A stretch of 64,000 bases of DNA from positions 32,001-96,000 of the forward strand of contig JAVJSW010000065.1 in NCBI GenBank assembly GCA_040219255.1. Direction: 5' to 3'. Numbering within the stretch: the first letter of the stretch is position 1; every line of letters starts with the position of its first letter. Shown one piece after another: positions 58,921 to 64,000 of this stretch. The notes beneath the pieces are model-generated. The model saw nothing but the letters and a program-made list of their open reading frames with translations, searched no databases and was not told the DNA's origin. This DNA comes from Sumerlaeia bacterium (lineage in GTDB: Bacteria; Sumerlaeota; Sumerlaeia; SLMS01; JAHLLQ01). The position numbers were made by a program, and so were the translations under genes.

Positions 58921-61080
58921 ATGAGAATCACATTCGCCTACAACCTGCGCACGGAACTCTCCGAGGCGCAGGCGGAATTGCTTTCGCAGGAAGATGTCGA
59001 TCGCATCGGCAAAGCCCTCACCGACCTCAAGCACAAGGTCACCCGCGTGGAAGTCTCCGGCAGCCCGGAACGCTTCATCGCGGAATTGATCGCCAGCGAA
59101 CCGGACCTCGTCTTCAACGTGGCGGAAGGCCACGTCGGCTCGAGCCGTGAGGCCTTCTACCCGGGCCTCTACGAGCAACTCGGCCTGCCCTTCACCGGCG
59201 GCGACGCCTCGCTGCTGCACATGAACCTGGACAAGAATCTGTCGAAAACCGTCCTCTCGCAGCGGGGCGTGAACGTCCCCAAGGGCTTCTACGTCACCCG
59301 CCCGAACCAACCCATCCCCAAGAATGTCAACTATCCGCTGATCATCAAACCGAACAGCGAAGGCTCCTCGAAGGGCATTACCCGCGACAGCGTCGTGGAA
59401 ACGGCGGAGGCCTGCCGCAAGCAGATCGACAAGATGATCGCGCTCTTTCCAGCGGGTCTCGTGGTCGAGGAGTTCATCGCCGGCCGCGAGCTGACCATTC
59501 CTTACTTGCAGGCATTTCCCGGCCAGTTGATGGAGGTGGTGGAACACACCTTCGACATGGGCAAGCTCGGTGGGAAATACAACATTTACGACTACGACAT
59601 GAAGCAGGGCGGCCAATCCGCCGAAGCCGTCGGTGTTCGATGCCCCGCCCCCCTCACGACCGAAGAGCGGGAGGCGGTGTACGAACTGGCCCGCCACGTC
59701 TTTGAAGTCATGCCCTGCCCCGACTTCGGCCGCGTCGACGTCCGCATGAACGAACGAGGCGAACCCTACTTCATCGAGCTCAACCCCCTGCCGAGCCTCC
59801 ACCCGAACGCATCGTTGATGACCGCTGGGCGCCACGCGGGGCTGGATTTCAAGGAGGTCATGCGGCTCATTATTCGCAGCGCCGCCAAAAGATACAACAT
59901 CCCTCTGCGCCGCCCGCGCGCCATCGACATCACCAAAGTCCAGCAAGACGGGCAGCAGCGGCCCACCGCGCGGGAACTCGGAATTCGGGTCGGCCGCTTC
60001 GACACCGGCCGCAACAATGCCATCACCGACGTCAAGGGCGTGCGAGTGGGCCATGTGACGACGATCAAGGACAACGTGGTCACCCATGGTGTGGCGGGAT
60101 CATCCTGTATTCGCACCGGGGTTACAGCCATCGTCCCCGCCAGCGGCGACGTCTTTCACCGCCGATTGGTGGCCGGGGGTTTCGTCCTCAATGGAGTCGG
60201 CGAAATGTCCGGCCTGACCCAGGCCATGGAGTGGGGATGGCTGGAATCGCCGATTCTGCTGACCAACTCTCTATCCGTGGGGCGCGTTCATGCCGGGGTC
60301 GTGAACCATTTCATGCGCCAGTATCCGGAACTCGGAAAACACACCGACGTGATGCTGCCCATCGTGGGAGAGTGCGACGATTCCTGGCTGAACGACGCCC
60401 GCATCGGGTTGAACGCCAGCCAGGACGCCAGCCGCGCCATCGAAGCCGCCACCCCCGGTCCCGTCGCGCAGGGCTCGGTCGGCGCCGGCACCGGCATGAC
60501 CACCTTCGATTTCGCCGGAGGCATCGGAACCTCGTCGCGAGTGGTTTCAACCAGCCAGGGCCACTATACATTGGGCGTACTGGTCATGTCGAATTTCGGG
60601 CTGATGCCAAACCTGACGGTGGACGGACGGGTGGTGGGGCGGAAACTGGATCCGCTCTTCGATGTCGAACGGCGCACGAACAGTTACGGCTCGGTCATCG
60701 CAGTCATCGCGACAGACGCCCCGCTTCTCAGCAGCCAACTGAGCCGCGTTGCCAAGCGCGCCGCACTCGGCCTGGGCCGGGTCGGCTCCCACGCCGCTTC
60801 CACCAGCGGCGAAATTCTCATCGCCTTCAGCGCGGCCAACCGCCTGCCCCGCGTGCCGGAAAAAGCCGGCAAGCTCCTCAGCGTGGATTTCATCCCCGAT
60901 CAGGGCATCAACGGGCTCTACGAAGGCGTCATCGAAGCCACCGAAGAAGCCGTGCTGAACGCGATTTTCTGCAGCAATGGCATGACAGGCCGAAGCGGCC
61001 GAGTCTGCCCCGCACTCCCGCAAGACCGCGTTCTCGAATTCCTTTCTCAAGGTACTATCGCCAATGTTAGTAATCAATAA
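58921..61080 (+). CDS. Fusion of a D-Ala-D-Ala-ligase-like ATP-grasp domain and a DmpA/S58 (P1) aminopeptidase
   Basis: N-half: 'DLVFNVAEG', 'IIKPNSEGSSKG', 'EEFIAGRE', 'GRVDVR', 'IELNPLPSL'. C-half: 'GRNNAITDVKGVRVGH', 'RTGVTAI', 'NGVGEM', 'GECDDSWLND', 'QGSVGAGTGM', 'GGIGTSSR', 'GSVIAVIATDAPL'. Confidence 0.88.
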   Translation: MRITFAYNLRTELSEAQAELLSQEDVDRIGKALTDLKHKVTRVEVSGSPERFIAELIASEPDLVFNVAEGHVGSSREAFYPGLYEQLGLPFTGGDASLLHMNLDKNLSKTVLSQRGVNVPKGFYVTRPNQPIPKNVNYPLIIKPNSEGSSKGITRDSVVETAEACRKQIDKMIALFPAGLVVEEFIAGRELTIPYLQAFPGQLMEVVEHTFDMGKLGGKYNIYDYDMKQGGQSAEAVGVRCPAPLTTEEREAVYELARHVFEVMPCPDFGRVDVRMNERGEPYFIELNPLPSLHPNASLMTAGRHAGLDFKEVMRLIIRSAAKRYNIPLRRPRAIDITKVQQDGQQRPTARELGIRVGRFDTGRNNAITDVKGVRVGHVTTIKDNVVTHGVAGSSCIRTGVTAIVPASGDVFHRRLVAGGFVLNGVGEMSGLTQAMEWGWLESPILLTNSLSVGRVHAGVVNHFMRQYPELGKHTDVMLPIVGECDDSWLNDARIGLNASQDASRAIEAATPGPVAQGSVGAGTGMTTFDFAGGIGTSSRVVSTSQGHYTLGVLVMSNFGLMPNLTVDGRVVGRKLDPLFDVERRTNSYGSVIAVIATDAPLLSSQLSRVAKRAALGLGRVGSHAASTSGEILIAFSAANRLPRVPEKAGKLLSVDFIPDQGINGLYEGVIEATEEAVLNAIFCSNGMTGRSGRVCPALPQDRVLEFLSQGTIANVSNQ

Positions 61081-62095
61081 CCCCCACTATATGCATCACC
61101 TTCCCGTCTGGGAATTTCGTCTGGGCACGGAGACCTATCGTACGCGCGACATTACAAAGCGCGCCGAGATCATTCAATCTGTATTGAAGGAAGAAGGAAG
61201 CTTTACCTTTCGCGACGCGAGCGAGTTTCCAAAGGAACGACTGGCCGCTCTCCATACCTACCACGATTTCATCGAACAAATCTGCGCCGGAATCGTGAAG
61301 GAGGACGAAGAAATCTACCCGGACCTCTTCCCCGGCGAGGGATTCGAAGGCGAACGCAAAATCCACCCGCTCTGGATGGGGATGTACTGCACGGACGCCG
61401 TGACCCCCTTGAAAAAGGGCACTTACCGCGCCGCCAAAGGCTCCGCCGATACCGCCATGACAGCGGCCGAGATCCTGGCCAAGGGCGAAGAAAAGCGTGT
61501 GTACGCCCTCTGCCGCCCCTCCGGCCATCACGCCGGCCCTCGGGTCTTCGGCGGCTATTGCTATTTCAACAATGCAGGCATGGCCGCGCAGCTCTTGAGC
61601 GAAACGTTCGAACGCGTGGCGCTGCTCGATATCGACTTCCACCACGGCAACGGTACGCAGGAACTTTTCTACGAACGCGGCGATATCTTCACCGCTTCGA
61701 TGCATTGCGATCCCGACGTGGAATATCCTTACTATACCGGATACAAGAAAGAGACAGGCCGGGGCGCGGGCGAGGGCGCGAACCTCAATCTGCCCCTCGC
61801 CCGATCGTCCGATACGCACGCCTACCTGCGTGCGTGCGACGAATTCCTGTCAGCGATGGAGCGCTACCAACCCGAGGCTCTCGTCATCGCTGGCGGCTGG
61901 GACACACACGAATTCGACCCCATCGGCGCCTTCAAAGGCGGCTTCCCCACGGAAAGCTTCCGTCTCGTGGGCGAACGCCTCGGACAAATCGGCTGCCCAA
62001 CCCTCGTCGTGCAGGAAGGCGGCTACAACCTCGAGGTCCTCGGCGAAAGCGCCCTCAACTTCCTTCTCGGTTTCCGGTCGTCTCACAACCGCTGA
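61064..62095 (+). CDS. Histone-deacetylase family amidohydrolase (acetylpolyamine amidohydrolase-like)
   Basis: Motifs 'YALCRPSGHHA', 'GYCYFNN', 'LDIDFHHGNGTQ', 'GWDTHEFDP' and 'QEGGY'. Overlaps the upstream gene by 17 nt. Confidence 0.9.
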   Translation: MLVINNPHYMHHLPVWEFRLGTETYRTRDITKRAEIIQSVLKEEGSFTFRDASEFPKERLAALHTYHDFIEQICAGIVKEDEEIYPDLFPGEGFEGERKIHPLWMGMYCTDAVTPLKKGTYRAAKGSADTAMTAAEILAKGEEKRVYALCRPSGHHAGPRVFGGYCYFNNAGMAAQLLSETFERVALLDIDFHHGNGTQELFYERGDIFTASMHCDPDVEYPYYTGYKKETGRGAGEGANLNLPLARSSDTHAYLRACDEFLSAMERYQPEALVIAGGWDTHEFDPIGAFKGGFPTESFRLVGERLGQIGCPTLVVQEGGYNLEVLGESALNFLLGFRSSHNR

Positions 62096-62110
62096 GTTTT
62101 GGCCGGTGCC

Positions 62111-63559
62111 CTACCCCTTCTTCGGCCACTGAACCAACTCGGTAAAGTCGATGCCGTGCTTTGCCCGCGCGGCCGCTGTCAGGCGCGCCGTCGTCACGTT
62201 CGCCCGGCATACCACCGTCTTCTCGGACTGGCCGCAGATTTTGCCGCGCTCGACGACAATTTTTCCGTTTATAATACTATAATCGACGTGAGTGTTCGTC
62301 CCGCACATCAGCAAACCCGCCACCGGGTCCGTGCTCGGCCCGCCCGCGTAGCCGTACTGATCCAGGTCGAACAGCACGATGTCCGCCGGACAGCCCTCCG
62401 CGATCTGGCCCAGGCTCGGATTGTCCAGCACCGCCGCCCCGCCCCGCGTCAGCATTCGCAGAACATCGCGCGCCTGCAGCGAATGCACGCCCCAGGTGGC
62501 CCGGTGAACCTTCAGCGCGAAGGCCGCCTCGCCCAGCAAACTCCCCGAATCGTTCGATGATGTGCCGTCCACCGCGAGGCCCACCTTCACGCCCGCCTCC
62601 AGCATCTCCGGCACGGGCGCCACGCCACTACCCAGGCGCGCGTTGGCGCTGGGGCAATGGGCCACGCCGATTCCGGCGTCGGCGAAGTGGCGGATTTCCT
62701 CGCTGTTGAGTTTCACACAGTGCGCGAACCAGACGTTTCCGCCGTCCCAGCCCAGCCGCCGCACGTACTCGAAGGGCCGGCAGCCAAAACGCTCCAGGCA
62801 ATAAACGTCCTCGTCGCTCGTCTCCGCCAGGTGCGTGTGGATGCGCACCTTGTAGTGCGTAGCCAGGCGGGCGGTTTCGCGGAAAAGCTCTTCCTTCGCG
62901 TTGAAGGGCGCGCAGGGCGCCAGATGCACCCGAGTCATCGCGTCATCGACGGGATTGTGGTACTTGCTCACCACGCGGTCATAATCCGCCAGAACCCGCT
63001 CCGGGTCCTCCGTCAACGTCATCGGCGGCAACCCGCCATCGTCCACGCCCAGCGTCATGCTGCCCCGCGTCGGATAGAACCGCAGCCCCAAGTCCGCCGC
63101 CGCGCGAAAAGTCTCGTCCAGCAGTTCGACCGGCTGAGCCACCGGAAAGAGATAATGGTGATCCGTCGAGGTCGTGCAGCCCGTCAGGATCAGCTCCGAC
63201 TGACTCAGCAGCGCCCCGGTGTAGATCGCGTCCGGGTCGCAGTTCTCCCACACCTTGTAGTTTTCCACGAGCCACTCGAACAACTCGGCGTTCTGCACCC
63301 GAGGCAGAACCCGGGTCAGCACCTGCCACAGGTGATGGTGGCAGTTCACGAAGCCCGGCAGGACCAGGTGACTCGACGCGTCGATGGCGGGCGTATCGGC
63401 GGGGATGCGCTCCGGCATGGCGGCGCGCAGGTTGGGCCCGATGGCGGCCACGCGGTTGCCCTCGATCAGGATATCCTGACCGCGCAGCTCGCGCTCCTGG
63501 TCGTCCATGGTGGCGATGTGGCGGCAGTTTTCGATCAGCAAACGTTCGGGTTGGCTCAC
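62111..63559 (-). CDS. 8-oxoguanine deaminase/AtzB-like amidohydrolase
   Basis: Motifs 'PGFVNCHHHLWQ', 'TTSTDHHY', 'TRGSM', 'APCAPF', 'HTHLAET', 'WFAHCV', 'HCPSANARLGSG' and 'AVDGTSSND'. ORF runs to 63721; GTG 63559 preferred because an AAGGAG lies upstream. Confidence 0.88.
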   Translation of the reverse strand: MSQPERLLIENCRHIATMDDQERELRGQDILIEGNRVAAIGPNLRAAMPERIPADTPAIDASSHLVLPGFVNCHHHLWQVLTRVLPRVQNAELFEWLVENYKVWENCDPDAIYTGALLSQSELILTGCTTSTDHHYLFPVAQPVELLDETFRAAADLGLRFYPTRGSMTLGVDDGGLPPMTLTEDPERVLADYDRVVSKYHNPVDDAMTRVHLAPCAPFNAKEELFRETARLATHYKVRIHTHLAETSDEDVYCLERFGCRPFEYVRRLGWDGGNVWFAHCVKLNSEEIRHFADAGIGVAHCPSANARLGSGVAPVPEMLEAGVKVGLAVDGTSSNDSGSLLGEAAFALKVHRATWGVHSLQARDVLRMLTRGGAAVLDNPSLGQIAEGCPADIVLFDLDQYGYAGGPSTDPVAGLLMCGTNTHVDYSIINGKIVVERGKICGQSEKTVVCRANVTTARLTAAARAKHGIDFTELVQWPKKG

Positions 63560-63719
63560 GGCGCGGCGGGTCTCCTTGGCGAGGTCAAGCACAGGAGGAA
63601 ACCGGCCCGGCGCCGCAGATGCAAGCTGGAAAAGCCACGGCGCGCGGTGTCCCGGTCTGGAGCCGTGGAACGGATGTAGCTTCATCCCAGTCTCCAATCT
63701 GTCAGAAGAAAGGAAGAGC

Positions 63720-64000
63720 ATGCTCTCCGGAACTCTAGCCCACCCAACCGGCTCGAATCACCGATGCCCGATTTTCGGCACACTTCTTCTCGCGTTCGCA
63801 CTTGTGTTCGTTTCTGATCCAAAGCCGTGCGCCGCAGATTGGAGCACACACCGGGCCGACGCCGGCCGGTCCGGCTCCGTCTCCGGCGAGTCCGCTCCAA
63901 CCTGGCCACTGGAAATCTACACCAAGTTCAACGGAGGTCCCGACAGCCGCTACGCGAACCTGATCGTGTCGGACCGCCGGGTTTTCATGCAGAACGCATC
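63720..64000 (+). CDS. Secreted PQQ-like/BamB-type beta-propeller protein, 5' part (partial, runs off the window end)
   Basis: Hand translation from ATG 63720 after an AAGGAAG RBS: MLSGTLAHPTGSNHRCPIFGTLLLAFALVFVSDPKPCAA-DWSTHRADAGRSG..., open to the window end. 'DW.T.R.D..RSG' typically begins PQQ-like propeller proteins. Confidence 0.65.
   Translation, partial: MLSGTLAHPTGSNHRCPIFGTLLLAFALVFVSDPKPCAADWSTHRADAGRSGSVSGESAPTWPLEIYTKFNGGPDSRYANLIVSDRRVFMQNA

Noticed and set aside
58598-64000. Possible genomic island integrated at tRNA-Ser
   Set aside because: No integrase and no duplicated tRNA 3' end are visible, and downstream genes have host-like composition.

Overview
A high-GC bacterial chromosomal window. 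Housekeeping and envelope genes lie on both sides: the pdxJ 3' end, an MFS transporter, yraN, an MsbA-like ABC exporter, an S9 peptidase, VanZ, a degenerate M17 peptidase, ilvE, GT2s, an alkaline phosphatase, mutS, wecB, a GT-C membrane protein, ftsK, a serine palmitoyltransferase-like enzyme and tRNA-Ser(CGA). Between mutS and wecB sits a ~30 kb three-gene minus-strand unit. It encodes (1) a 6559-aa secreted multidomain protein with Ig/FN3, an alpha/alpha-barrel with QW-like motifs, many CARDB-like units, vWA, Pro/Thr linkers, a choice-of-anchor-A-like domain and two C-terminal CBM3-like modules; (2) a 3302-aa signal-peptide-bearing RHS/YD protein with an N-terminal transglutaminase-like domain and an AT-rich C-terminal GIY-YIG nuclease; and (3) an AT-rich leucine-rich-repeat protein that is the likely immunity factor. 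This looks like a Sec-exported, polysaccharide-anchored polymorphic toxin system, with no T6SS, CDI or T7SS parts in the window. Other notable items are an orphan VapB followed by an AT-rich KAP NTPase where VapC would be expected, a Ddl-like ATP-grasp/DmpA peptidase fusion coupled to an HDAC-family amidohydrolase, and an apparent G/C-skew reversal near 43-51 kb. All calls come from reading motifs by eye; no database searches were run, and start codons and internal domain boundaries are approximate.
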